DNA of 64,000 nucleotides from Zancudomyces culisetae HAW-14-8 (Eukaryota; Fungi; Kickxellomycota). The stretch covers positions 1,054,001 to 1,118,000 of the forward strand of contig JBNJNM010000008.1 in the NCBI GenBank assembly GCA_052426225.1, read 5' to 3'. Shown one piece after another: positions 1-11,163 of the stretch. Under the pieces are notes generated by a model. That model saw nothing but the letters and a program-made list of their open reading frames with translations. It was not told where the DNA came from and made no database searches. The translations under genes were made by a program, and so were the position numbers. Each line of letters opens with the position of its first letter. Positions within the stretch are counted from its first letter, which is position 1.

Positions 1-720
1 CCTAACCTACTTAGTAGTACAATAATTAATTTCATTATATACAAAATAGTTATGGACTATGGAGTCCCGACCCAATTAATTACAGATCAAGGTTCAAGTT
101 TCATGTCCGAAGCAACCAAGGCAGTATACAAGTGGTTGGGCATAAAACATGCACCCACCTCAGGCTACCGACCCCAGAGCAACGGACAGGTCGAACGCTT
201 GAATAGATCTATAAAGTCAATAATGGCTAAACAAATAGATGAGGACTACCTTAACTGGGATACCTACCTTTGGAAGACACTGCTAATACTGAGGACCCTT
301 AGCAGTAAGACGACTGGATTTACACCGGCGGAACTACTATACGGAAAGGATCTAACTATGGCACACAACTGGACTCCCACGAACCTAATCGACAGAAGAA
401 ACGAGTTAGTGCACCACAGAATAGAGTTCCTTAGCACCGGGCTTAAGCAAATTCGAGAACTAGGTTTGGATAATTCGAAAGTTAAAAAATTGAAACAAAA
501 TGGATACTACGATATAAAAGTTAAAGAAAAATTATTTAGGAAAAACGACATCGTTTTGAAATTCATCGAAGGCGAAAAAACGAAATTTCAAAGAATTTGG
601 AAAGGACCGTACAAAGTCGAAAAATTTTTGATAAACGGAACATACGTAATTGTCAGTAGCGAAGGAAATAGCGAACTAGTCAATGGCGACACTTTAAAAT
701 TATTTCACGAATCAAACTAA
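1..720 (+). CDS. Ty3/gypsy integrase, C-terminal part (element truncated by the window edge)
   Basis: Frame is open from base 1 (PNLLSSTIINF...). Contains ITDQGSSF, YRPQSNGQVERLN and a WKGPY (GPY/F) module. Homologous to the integrase at ~9560-10270. Confidence 0.93.
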   Translation, partial: PNLLSSTIINFIIYKIVMDYGVPTQLITDQGSSFMSEATKAVYKWLGIKHAPTSGYRPQSNGQVERLNRSIKSIMAKQIDEDYLNWDTYLWKTLLILRTLSSKTTGFTPAELLYGKDLTMAHNWTPTNLIDRRNELVHHRIEFLSTGLKQIRELGLDNSKVKKLKQNGYYDIKVKEKLFRKNDIVLKFIEGEKTKFQRIWKGPYKVEKFLINGTYVIVSSEGNSELVNGDTLKLFHESN

Positions 721-782
721 CCAATTAATTAATTATTTACTTGAAATGTTCCTAAATTGATAAGAAAAAAATTAATAATAAT

Positions 783-906
783 AATCGAATTGATAAAAAT
801 CAGAAAACACGAAACGACATGATAAAAATCAGAAAAGACAATAAATCGAATTGAAAAAAAAAAAAATCAGAAAAGACAAAAAATCGAATTGATAAAAATC
901 AGAAAA
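783..906 (+). repeat. Imperfect tandem repeats (AATCGAATTGATAAAAATCAGAAAAGAC-like, ~4 units) in the retroelement 3' UTR
   Basis: Repeated aatcgaattga / aaaatcagaaaa units seen directly. Confidence 0.7.
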
Positions 907-1171
907 TTTAACAAAGCTACAACATAAAAATCATAAAATATAATAATCCAAAAACATTAATATATACTTTATTTTAACAGAATTTAGGGCGAGATTAACG
1001 ATATGGAAAACATATAAGAAAAGAAAAAAAGTAACATTTAGAACGAAATTGGAACAACGAGAGTCGAGATTATCGAAATGAGATTTGAAAAGCGGAGTAT
1101 AGGAGATTAGGAATCGAAATTGAAGTTTCGAGATTCGAGATGAGGACACTTCGAAATAAAGCGGGGGGTAT

Positions 1172-1452
1172 TGTAGTATAACGGCTACATACTTTTTGCT
1201 AGCGAATCAACTGCGATACCTTAGCATAATATAACTACCAATTAACTTGTAGTTATTTTATATTTAAATATTTATAATAGTAAAGCTGAATATCTGAACG
1301 ATCAGTAAAATAAAAGCGAAGCGGACAACGAAAAAACATCTTTAGTCTTTCTTAACAGAATATACTTTACATATACGTTTTTTACATACTTAGTAATTGA
1401 AATTAACACTACGTTGAGATAGTTTACTTAGTATTTTATTATTATTACAACA
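1172..1452 (+). mobile_element. 3' LTR of the truncated Ty3/gypsy element (~281 bp)
   Basis: Follows the polypurine tract AAAGCGGGGGG (1158-1168). Begins TGTAGTATAA and ends ATTACAACA, similar to the termini of the 5389-10800 element. The right boundary is inferred from the terminal motif only. Confidence 0.72.
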
Positions 1453-1926
1453 ATAATAAAAGTTTTTAAAACAGTCTTATTACGGCAAACAGAACTAGTT
1501 AAGTGATCCGAGACCTGAGTATAACTGACACAATCAGTGCTATACCAAACTCAGCCATCACATTAGCTGAAAAATATATCAGATAACTTATTACATCTAC
1601 TATATTTTACAATATCAAATGTAATTGCTGATTAGTTATACAACTATTTTTCAGTTTTATCAGTTCTTGTAGCAACCAATTGTTCTGATTGCTTATTAGA
1701 ATGTTATAATAAACAATTTTGTTTATTAACTAACGTATGTATTCTAAAATGTATTTATGCCTACTGTAATTATTATATATATTTGTCTTTGTAAATTAAA
1801 TCTGTTCAGAAAAGGCTTATATTGTTATTTTAAATGCCCCCACTTGTTAAAATTCGTTTTATACACATTACCTATATATTATGTTTATACTATAGATTAT
1901 GTTTGCTATCATTTTGTCATTATTTA

Positions 1927-2252
1927 TGTGCCATTTGATATTTCATACACGTGTTGTATTTATTACTAAATTGCTGCGCAATTTCTCAAATATCATATTA
2001 GGAAATTATTTTTGTTGATAGCGCAGTAGCTTAGGAAATTTAGAAACGTGTTAAAATTACGACATATTGCTGCACAATTACACGTTTTACATTTCTAATC
2101 AATTGATTAGTAATCATTCTAGAATTCTAACCTTCTAGAATTTTCTATATAGTTATAAAAATGATTTTCATAGTTTTAATTTGTTTTGAAATAAGTTTAT
2201 ATAGTCATAGATTGTATTGAAAGAGAAACTTCAGCAATAAAATATCTTCACA
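1927..2252 (+). mobile_element. Possible degenerate solo-LTR remnant
   Basis: Shares TTGATTAGTAATCA and TTCTAGAA motifs with the solo LTR at 14362-14773. Has TATAAAA and AATAAA and ends in CA. Flanks attta/atata match 4/5. Boundaries are uncertain. Confidence 0.3.
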
Positions 2253-2257
2253 ATATA

Positions 2258-3812
2258 CTGTATGTTTCAAAAATGTCTCAAAATATTGATATTAATTTTC
2301 AAAGTGTATTATCTGCTCAATTTTATTCAGAAATAGATATTAAATATATTATATATGGCAATTAATATTTTTATTTTATAAATTTGTAATAATATTGGTT
2401 AAAAATGCATTATGAAATAATAAAATGATAAATTATTTAATATGAGATAATTTTGGGAATTATTCAAAATAAAAATTAAATTATCATAACTTTATGAATT
2501 CAAATTTTAAATTTTTAAAACTTTTACATAAAATAATATAAAATTTATTATACTAATCGATTGTATAATTGTTTGTAAAATGATATCTGAACAACGTAAA
2601 CTGGATATAAATACGCGTTACTTGTAGGCAGATCATTAACCAATTCATTATAGAAAATGGAGTTAGTAAAGCAACAATATACAGATTTAAAGCAGCAATG
2701 AATATCAATTTACCGGCTAATAAACGCGGTCGTCCAGCGAAGCTTTCACCCCAAAGCAAGCGAATATGTACTAGAATGATATTATCTGGAGAGTATCGAT
2801 CTGCTACTTCGATACAAAAGAAGTTAGAAATGGATAGAGTTGTAAGTGCTAGTAAGTCTACAATATATAGGGCTTTTAATGATCTAAAAGCCGTTGCAAA
2901 AAAGAAGGCATCCAAACCGAAACTGAGCCTTAAAAATATTGCAAAAAGGTTGAGATTCGCAAAATCTCATCGCCACTGGACTACTGATGATTGGAGACGA
3001 GTAATTTGGTCCGACAAAACTAAAATCAACCGATTTGGATATGATGGAAATGAATGGACTTGGGTTCGTGATGGTGTGAGTCTACAGCCGCACAATATTA
3101 ACCAGACCGTAAAACACGGTGGTGGATCATTAATGATTTGGGGATGCACACAGCATTTGGAACTGGCTACATGTGCCGAATAGAAGGAATGTTAAACAAG
3201 GAAGGTTATTTAAACATTTTAAAAGACGAGCTTAGCAATACAATAAAGTACTACAAGTTGGATCCCAAGTCAATAATATTTCAACATGACAATGATCCTA
3301 AACATACCGCAAAGTTAGTTACCAGCTGGCTTGAAAACCAGGAATATAATACATTGGACTGGCCACCACAATCTCCAGACTTAAACCCAATCGAAACTAT
3401 ATGGGCAATCATCAAAAGACGCCTAAATAGATACAGTAAACCTCCGTCCGGGATGATCGAATTATGGGAGCGAATAGAAACGGAATGGAATTTAATTTCA
3501 GTGGAAACAATACTTGGTCTTATAGATAGTATGCCCAAAAGAGTTGAGGCAGTTAACAAGTCTAAAGGAAGGTGGACAGAATTTTATAGTTTTTTTTTGA
3601 AAAATTCCCAAAATTGTCTCAATTTAAAAATTTTTTCAATTTTAATTTCATAATGAATTTATAACCAATAAAAATACAGTTTATATATAATCTGAATATA
3701 ACATTTGTGCATTATATAATATAAAAAACGTATAATTTCTGGATATTATTGAGCGAGATATTACACTTTGAAAATTATTTTCATTATTTTGAGACATTTT
3801 TGAAACTCACTG
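2258..3812 (+). mobile_element. Tc1-family (DD34E) DNA transposon with long imperfect TIRs and TA target duplication
   Basis: Left end TA|CTGTATGTTTCAAAAATGTCTCAAAA, right end TTTTGAGACATTTTTGAAACTCACTG|TA. Inverted similarity extends ~220 bp (2258-~2472 vs ~3590-3812). Confidence 0.92.
2580..3590 (+). pseudogene. Tc1 transposase, frameshifted
   Basis: ATG at 2580 (MISEQRKLDI..GVSKATIYR HTH). Motifs GRP, WSDKTK, KHGGGSLMIWG, FQHDNDPKH, WPPQSPDLNPIE, with 34 residues between the second D and the E. Frameshifts near 2610-2640 and ~3148. Confidence 0.92.
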
Positions 3813-5388
3813 TATACTATAGCTATTAGTATAAAATTCCTGTACCCGGTACCAGGAATTAAAACTATAAATACCGACTCGATCCATCATCCTGATGGAA
3901 GTTCGAGTGAAATATTACTTATTTCTTAATTCCTAATATTTATTATTCCTTTAAATTAACTATTTAAAAAAATACTTAAATAAAAAGCATCTCAATCTCA
4001 AGGATAAGTAATAATTCACCTCAACCTTGGATACTTGGATATACCGTTCCTAACATATAGGGTCTAGGAGGGATCACTGCCACTATATAACAATAGCACT
4101 TTCTATTTTTTAACTTAGCGATTAAACTAAGATCCACTAGTCATGCTTCTGGGTTTGAACCCACCGATAGTTAATATTTTGGGTTTTATATATTCTCAAT
4201 TTTTATTATGTTTCTACGTAGTTTTTGTTTTATTATATTCTATTATTGTAATTAACAGTTAATTGCTTGAAACCTGTAGTATTCAGTCAATGCGTTATAA
4301 GTCTTCCATTTAATAAATTTGTGAATAGATATATTTCAATATCTTGTCGCTGACTTTCTGCTAAATAATAGCTTATTTTTGGTTCCAATGCTGTGATTTA
4401 CCAGGATTGCCAATTTAGAGTATTCGGATACGATTTCTTTTCTGATGTTATAAATGTTATTAATATTATATTTTTTTGTCTTTATTTATTTTCTTTTTTA
4501 AAATTTTTGTAAGGTACAAACATAATATTGTATTAAATAACATTTTATTAGCTGCAAACCGTAAAAATAAAGTTGGTGATTTTATCACTTATTACTAATA
4601 TATATATTAAATATAGTTTGTTGATTTTACTTTGAATAAAATATAAATACTTTTAAAACGTTTTAAAAACTACTTTTAGGTCAATGATTCTATGATTTTG
4701 ATTTAAATTCTAGTACTCAATATTTTTAATAAATACTTATTAACAAAAATACATAATATCTTCAGTCGTGTACACATTTTACAACAATCAGTGATTCTTT
4801 TCCTCTTTTAATAGTTTTAAGAAGTATAGAATAAAAAGTTTAATAAATAGTATCTAAGAAATAAAATTCAAGTTTAGGATACACAACAAGTATATTCGGA
4901 ATAGTGATACGGCTAGTTATATAATATTTAGCATTTAAATAAGTACAAATACTATTAAAATCTGAGATTCAACATGTCAGGCTTCATACGTAAACTCAGA
5001 ACATCATTGATTCAGAATGCTAGAACTGAGGGCCGATACATATCGGATAGTGAACGTTTGGGGGCAACTTCTTTGGAAGTTGATCCTCAAGAAACACACG
5101 TCCCCTTTGCGGATATAATGGAAAATGCATCTTTACAAATGAAGAATCCAACTAGTGATGAGGTATCACTCAAAATCAATCGACAGTGTAACTCTATTTT
5201 TTTTGCTTCAACATAGAAATAATATATTCAGAATTATATTTAAATTTATTTAGTAAATTTTTGTTTAGTAGTGTATTTTAGAAGTATCATATAATAGTTT
5301 TTTCTATTAAATTACTTGTGGTTTTTAACTTTATACTAGCTATATGACAATATTTTATTAATTTACACTATCGTTGAAAATGGTATAT

Positions 5389-5809
5389 TGTCGTATAATG
5401 GGTATACGACAGAAAATCCCTAAGTAATTTTCATAGTAAATATTTATTATTTATATTTTTTATAGATTAGTCAACCTATTAACTTTACGTATCGATCTAT
5501 ATATAGTTTTTTATACATATATCGATTGATATATATTTTTTCTATGTGTAGAATTAAAAATAGAAATAGATTTATTATATAATGTAATCAGAAACCCTTT
5601 TAGGAAAAAAGGTGTGCAATGAATAAATTAATACTATAACAAAGTAATATTAGTATAAACATGTACCCTTCCATAATTATGTTTTTAGGAAGTAAAATAT
5701 AGATAAAATATAAGTTTAAATAATAATAATAATAAATAAAATAACTGCTACGAGAGCAAGCAAGATAATATCCCTGAAACAGAACCATTCAGTTGGATAT
5801 TATACAACA
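5389..5809 (+). repeat. 5' LTR
   Basis: TGTCGTATAATGGG...TTATACAACA. Direct repeat of 10380-10800; only two substitutions noticed by eye. Confidence 0.97.
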
Positions 5810-5810
5810 G

Positions 5811-5828
5811 TGGCGTCAGCGACAGGAT
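5811..5828 (+). promoter_or_regulatory. Primer-binding site, probably for tRNA-Ser
   Basis: TGGCGTCAGCGACAGGAT lies 1 nt after the LTR. Its reverse complement ATCCTGTCGCTGACG-CCA has the G discriminator and TCCTG T-stem typical of eukaryotic tRNA-Ser 3' ends. Confidence 0.8.
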
Positions 5829-5985
5829 CTAGGTTCACACATTTAGATAAACCACACCAGAGAGTTCGTGGAATCAAACCTAGTTACTACACTCGTTTAG
5901 AATAGTTGATAGAACTAGCATTAAAATCTACAAAACAAAAATTGAGATAATACAAAAGAACATAAAAATAATAAAACAATATAAA

Positions 5986-8900
5986 ATGAATCAACCAAAA
6001 ACATTTGAGATGTCCTTAGGTATGGATCCCGAAGAGTGGATTGAGGATTTTGGTCTAATCGCTAAACTCAACAACTGGGCCCAAACCGACTGGACGGATC
6101 TACTTAAACTATTCCTCGGAAAAAGAGAAACTTTATGGTACAAAAAACATAAATCCACTTTTAAGGATTGGGAAGATCTTAAGAAGAAATTTATTGACAA
6201 GTTTGGAACAAAATTTTCAAAGATAAAAGTGTGGGATAGGCTAAAAACCATCAACCAAGCAGACTACGCGAGCGTCGAAGAATTAGAAAGCGAGCTATCT
6301 CAACTTCTAAATTCAGCAAATATAAAAGAAGATCAACTAAGAGTCGATTGGTTAATAAGTACTCTTTCACCACACTTAAAGAAAACAATCTTAGAAAAAG
6401 AAGTAAAGACTTGGGATGAAGTTATAAAAGCGGTACAAGAGGATATTACAGTAGAAGGGAATAGCAGTAAGACAATAGAAGAAAAAACGATTAGCTCCAA
6501 AACAAAGGTAACTGTAAGGAACGCTGCTACTAAACCGGGCAAAACAGTGAAGGAGATGAAAGAATCCCTACCGTATTCTCACCTCATACAAAAGTTTAAT
6601 GAAGCAACGGTAAATATTATTGCCAAAGTAGATGAGATCGTAGATCAAAGGATTAAAGAGGCTGAAGAAAGGCGCAGGTTCTATGGCCAACCAAAGCTCC
6701 GTGAGTGTTATGTATGCCATAAAGGGTTTCACAAAAAATATGACTGTCCGGTATGGAAGGCATCGCAAGGAAAACAATCAGAGGAGAAAAGAGCAGAAGA
6801 ACCAGTAAACTGCGTCGAACTGGAAGATTCCGACTATGAGAGCGACCAAGAACTGTTTGCACTCGAAAAAAGGAAACATGCAGAAATTAGCGACAAAAGC
6901 GCGTCGAAGAGAATCGGACGACCAAGGCTGGAAACCAGAGTTGAAGAGGTAAACACAGGAAACACCGGAAACACAAACTCGACTCCAATAACTAGATCCA
7001 CAACTACAACTCGAAACATATCCCAAAAACCGAATAATATGACAAAACGATTTTCATTAATAGAAGAGTTAGAAAAAGTTTATCCAAAAATAAATTTATT
7101 ACAACTTTTGGATAGTTCACCGGAGTGTACTAAACAACTCTCAGAACGTTTAAAAAACCCTAATGAGACCAATGAAATTAACGAAATTGCACTAGAAGAG
7201 AAGAAGGTTACTAGCTGTAAAGTACTAATTAAAATATATAATCGTCATATCTGGGCTGTCATAGACACCGGGGCGGCATGCTCTGTAATATCGTCAAGTT
7301 TATTGGAAGAACTGGGACTAACTGTTTCCGAAAGAACTAGCCAAGTAGTCATAACTGCTGATGGCAGAAGACATGCTACTCTAGGTAAAGTACCAGCGGT
7401 ACCATTAAAGATAGCCACTTTCGAGTTCCCCATCGACCTAGTGGTACTAGAAAGAGGCGATGATACCCTAATTATTGGTACAGATTGGATGTTAAGACAT
7501 CAAATATTACTAAATTTAAAAAGCCAAGAAATGCGAGTTCCAATCGAACAAGCGGAAATAATAACAAAACTACTTACCTCGGTTAGCAGAAGTGAACCTA
7601 GCGATGAATCGGAACTATATTTAGTATTAAAAGAGGCCCCCATAGGTGAACAAGAAACACCCGGATACTTCAAAGAAGTTGTAAAAGAATACAAAGATAT
7701 ATTTGTTAAAGACCTGGAACAACTTACCCAAACTGATGTAGCCGAACATCGTATAGAGTTAACCGAGGGACAACCGATCAAACAAAGACCATATAGAATT
7801 CCCCAACGTATGCTAGTACAAGTAAGGACTGAATTGGAAGAAATGGAGAAGCAGGGTATCATCTCTAAAGGAAACTCAGAATGGTGTTCACCTATAGTCA
7901 TCGTATTCAAAAAAAATGGAAAAATGAGATTATGTGTAGACTATAGGAAAATTAATGAAATAACGAGAAAGGACACCTACCCATTGCCGGTAATCGATGA
8001 TATATTTATGGCTCTCTCCGGCGCAACAGTTTTCAGCTCACTCGACGCTATGAGCGGTTACTGGCAAATTAGTATGAGGGAAAAAGATAAAGATAAAACA
8101 GCGTTCTCTATTCCGGGAGGTGGTACATACATTTTCAATGTGATGCCTTTCGGTCTCACGAACAGCCCTGCCACTTTCCAAAGAGTAATGGAACAAATAC
8201 TTGAAAAAGTCCTATGGCGTACAGCAATTGTATTCATTGACGATATTATTGTTTATTCAAAATCAATTGAACAACACAAGCTCGACCTACAAGAGGTGTT
8301 TGAAATTCTAAGACAAAATAAAATTCAATTACATGCCGATAAATGTCACATAGGTCAAACGAAACTGGAATATCTAGGCCATATCATTTCTGATAAAGGA
8401 ATCGGAACTAACACAGCCAAAGTTGAGGCTATATTAAAAATAGAACCTCCACAAAATATCAAACAACTTCAATCTTTTTTAGGTATGACGGGATATTATA
8501 GAAAGTACATAAAAAATTATGCAACTTTAGCAGCAGATCTTACTAAATTACTACGGAAAAATGAACCTTGGAACTGGAATCAGCCACAAGAACAGGCAAT
8601 GCAAGCGTTAAAACAATGTTTAGTCAATACACCTATTCTAGGCCATCCCAACTGGGATGAAGAGTTCATTATTACCACGGATGCTTCCATTAGCGGTATC
8701 GGTGCCATCCTGTCACAAATTCAAAATGGGGTTGAAGTAGTCATCGAATACGCTAGTCGTACTACAAATAAAGCAGAAAAAAATTACTCGATTAGTCATT
8801 TGGAGGGATTATCGGTAGTCTGGTCAGTAAAGAAATTTAAATACTATATTTATGGAAAACACTTTATAATTAGAACAGACCACAAGGCGTTATTACAGCT

Positions 8901-10389
8901 ATTTAATGGAAAAGAACTAACTGGACGAGTAGCCCGGTGGGCTATGATATTAAGAAATTATGATTATACTATTCAACATTTACCTGGTACAAAAAATCCG
9001 GCGGACTGCCTATCTAGGTTAACGAATGAGGAACAGAATTCGAACATAACACTAGATGTGAACGCTATAGAGTACCCTGAATACGTAGTGTTAACAAAAT
9101 ATTTATTAAATAATTCTATTCCCACAAATGCAGATGATCAAACCGTGAACAGAATAATTGCTGAAGCATCAAAATATAATTTATTTAATAATAAACTTTA
9201 TAAAAAAATAAAAAACACAAATAAGGAAGTATTACATAAGGATAACGTTACCAACACAGTAGAAAGAATACATAGCGAAGCTCACGAGGGTATCGAGAAC
9301 ACTTGGCGACGAGTATCGAACGAGTATTGGGCGAATAACCTATATAAGGAAGTGTACAACGTAGTTAAAAATTGTAACGTTTGTCAAAGGCAAAAAGATG
9401 GTCGAACTCTAAAACACCCGCTTGTACCAATTATATCCAAAAAACCGTTTGAAATAGTAGGTATGGACGCAATAGGACCCATAAATCCTCCTTCTGAAAA
9501 TGGAAATAGGTTTATACTTACCGCAATCGATTATTGCACCAAGTGGCCTATTGCACTGGCTGTACCTAACTTGTTAAGTAAAACCATCATAAGTTTTATA
9601 GTGAATCAAATTGTAAAAAATTATGGTATCCCACAAAAAATTATTACCGACCGCGGTTCGAGCTTCGTTAGTGAAGCAACTACAAATATATATTCATGGT
9701 TTGGTATCAAACACTCACCTACAACTCCCTACCGGCCGCAGAGCAACGGACAAGTTGAGAGACTAAATCAGTCACTAGTGAATATCTTAAGAAAGCAATG
9801 CTATTTAGATAAGGGAAATTGGGATTGCTATATGTGGAAAACTTTATTAATATTAAGAAGTACGAGGAATAAGTCTATTAAATTTACCCCAGCGGAAATG
9901 CTTTATGGTACAAATATAAACTTACCTTCCAGTTGGAAATTCAAAGAAAACATCGGAAGTTATGAAGAGTTGGTACATGAAAGAATAAAATGTATTAAAA
10001 ACGAAATACCAGAATTGCGAAATTTGAGTATCGAAAAAAATTTACAAGCGAAAAAAAATGACGAAAAACGATTTAACCAAAAAGTAAAAAAATTTTTATT
10101 TAAAATCGGAGATAAGGTCCTGAAACTAATTGAGTTTGATAGGCCGAAATTAGAAAAACTATGGGAAGGTCCTTATATAATTGAAAATGTTTTAGATAAG
10201 GGAGCCTATGTAATCAAAGATGAAATGGGAAATAGAGATTTAATTCATGGAGACATATTAAAAATGTACTTCCATACAAAAAAAATGCAACCCGGAGAAA
10301 TCTCGACCTTGAAAACGAAATTAAAAAGATTCAAACAGAATACTCGTATGGGGACATCCGAGCTTGAAGTGGAGGGTACTGTCGTATAA
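5986..10389 (+). CDS. Gag-Pol polyprotein (gag with CCHC knuckle, protease, RT, RNase H, integrase)
   Basis: 1467 aa. Motifs CYVCHKGFHKKYDC, IDTGA, LCVDYRKIN, MPFGLTNSPATFQ, FIDD, TDAS, HHCC (HSEAH..CNVC), DDE core, WEGPY. Order PR-RT-RH-IN indicates Ty3/gypsy. Confidence 0.97.
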   Translation: MNQPKTFEMSLGMDPEEWIEDFGLIAKLNNWAQTDWTDLLKLFLGKRETLWYKKHKSTFKDWEDLKKKFIDKFGTKFSKIKVWDRLKTINQADYASVEELESELSQLLNSANIKEDQLRVDWLISTLSPHLKKTILEKEVKTWDEVIKAVQEDITVEGNSSKTIEEKTISSKTKVTVRNAATKPGKTVKEMKESLPYSHLIQKFNEATVNIIAKVDEIVDQRIKEAEERRRFYGQPKLRECYVCHKGFHKKYDCPVWKASQGKQSEEKRAEEPVNCVELEDSDYESDQELFALEKRKHAEISDKSASKRIGRPRLETRVEEVNTGNTGNTNSTPITRSTTTTRNISQKPNNMTKRFSLIEELEKVYPKINLLQLLDSSPECTKQLSERLKNPNETNEINEIALEEKKVTSCKVLIKIYNRHIWAVIDTGAACSVISSSLLEELGLTVSERTSQVVITADGRRHATLGKVPAVPLKIATFEFPIDLVVLERGDDTLIIGTDWMLRHQILLNLKSQEMRVPIEQAEIITKLLTSVSRSEPSDESELYLVLKEAPIGEQETPGYFKEVVKEYKDIFVKDLEQLTQTDVAEHRIELTEGQPIKQRPYRIPQRMLVQVRTELEEMEKQGIISKGNSEWCSPIVIVFKKNGKMRLCVDYRKINEITRKDTYPLPVIDDIFMALSGATVFSSLDAMSGYWQISMREKDKDKTAFSIPGGGTYIFNVMPFGLTNSPATFQRVMEQILEKVLWRTAIVFIDDIIVYSKSIEQHKLDLQEVFEILRQNKIQLHADKCHIGQTKLEYLGHIISDKGIGTNTAKVEAILKIEPPQNIKQLQSFLGMTGYYRKYIKNYATLAADLTKLLRKNEPWNWNQPQEQAMQALKQCLVNTPILGHPNWDEEFIITTDASISGIGAILSQIQNGVEVVIEYASRTTNKAEKNYSISHLEGLSVVWSVKKFKYYIYGKHFIIRTDHKALLQLFNGKELTGRVARWAMILRNYDYTIQHLPGTKNPADCLSRLTNEEQNSNITLDVNAIEYPEYVVLTKYLLNNSIPTNADDQTVNRIIAEASKYNLFNNKLYKKIKNTNKEVLHKDNVTNTVERIHSEAHEGIENTWRRVSNEYWANNLYKEVYNVVKNCNVCQRQKDGRTLKHPLVPIISKKPFEIVGMDAIGPINPPSENGNRFILTAIDYCTKWPIALAVPNLLSKTIISFIVNQIVKNYGIPQKIITDRGSSFVSEATTNIYSWFGIKHSPTTPYRPQSNGQVERLNQSLVNILRKQCYLDKGNWDCYMWKTLLILRSTRNKSIKFTPAEMLYGTNINLPSSWKFKENIGSYEELVHERIKCIKNEIPELRNLSIEKNLQAKKNDEKRFNQKVKKFLFKIGDKVLKLIEFDRPKLEKLWEGPYIIENVLDKGAYVIKDEMGNRDLIHGDILKMYFHTKKMQPGEISTLKTKLKRFKQNTRMGTSELEVEGTVV
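10366..10379 (+). promoter_or_regulatory. Polypurine tract
   Basis: GAAGTGGAGGGTAC immediately before the 3' LTR. Confidence 0.75.
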
Positions 10390-10800
10390 TGGGTATACGA
10401 CAGAAAATCCCTAAGTAATTTTCATAGTAAATATTTATTATTTATATTTTTTATAGATTAGTCAACCTATTAACTTTACGTATCGATCTATATATAGTTT
10501 TTTATACATATATCGATTGATATATATTTTTTCTATGTGTAGAATTAAAAATAGAAATAGATTTATTATATAATGTAATCAGAAACCCTTTTAGGAAAAA
10601 AGGTGTGCAATAAATAAATTAATACTATAACAAAGTAATATTAGTATAAACATGTACCCTTCCATAATTATGTTTTTAGGAAGTAAAATATAGATAAAAT
10701 ATAAGTTTAAATAATAATAATAATAAATAAAATAACTGCTACGAGAGCAAGCAAGATAATATTCCTGAAACAGAACCATTCAGTTGGATATTATACAACA
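10380..10800 (+). repeat. 3' LTR
   Basis: Direct repeat of 5389-5809. The pol stop codon (10387-10389) lies inside it. Confidence 0.97.
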
Positions 10801-11163
10801 ATACTAAGTAAATATTAGAATAAATGTTATGGGAGGTTAGATGTCACCTGATTGGCCATGACATTACAACAATAAATCAATTACCCCAATGATCCTCCAG
10901 AATGGGCAAATACCCTATTCAACAGCTTGCAAAAATTGGAACAGCAGCTCGCAAGAAACAGGGAAAATCGATTCCACCTGTTGAGCAAGCCGCAGGTTTG
11001 GCCGTACACCCATGGAAACGGATTCAAATGAATACGTGGTTCAAAGACAAGCAACTATGGAACTCAAGGTGTATCCAGAGCTCGAAGAATTTATCACAGG
11101 GCTCCATAATGACATCTTTAGAAGCATTCTTTCTGACACCAAAAGATAGGAGTTTCTCGGCTC

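Larger units (their letters stand above)
5389..10800 (+). mobile_element. Full-length Ty3/gypsy LTR retrotransposon (5412 bp)
   Basis: Two 421-bp TG...CA LTRs, PBS, PPT and an intact gag-pol ORF. Flanks are ATAT / ATAC. Confidence 0.97.

Noticed and set aside
720-1170. env-like third ORF in the gypsy elements
   Set aside because: Only low-complexity A-rich repeats here, and the full-length element has no room between pol and the LTR.
4145-4170. B-box-like GGTTCAAACCC on the minus strand (tRNA or SINE)
   Set aside because: No A-box or cloverleaf could be built.
4974-5216. 80-aa ORF next to the gypsy insertion
   Set aside because: No recognisable motif and too little evidence to call; may be a TE fragment.
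5600-10779. Duplicated 62-aa minus-strand ORFs (5600-5788, 10591-10779)
   Set aside because: Chance ORFs within the two LTRs.
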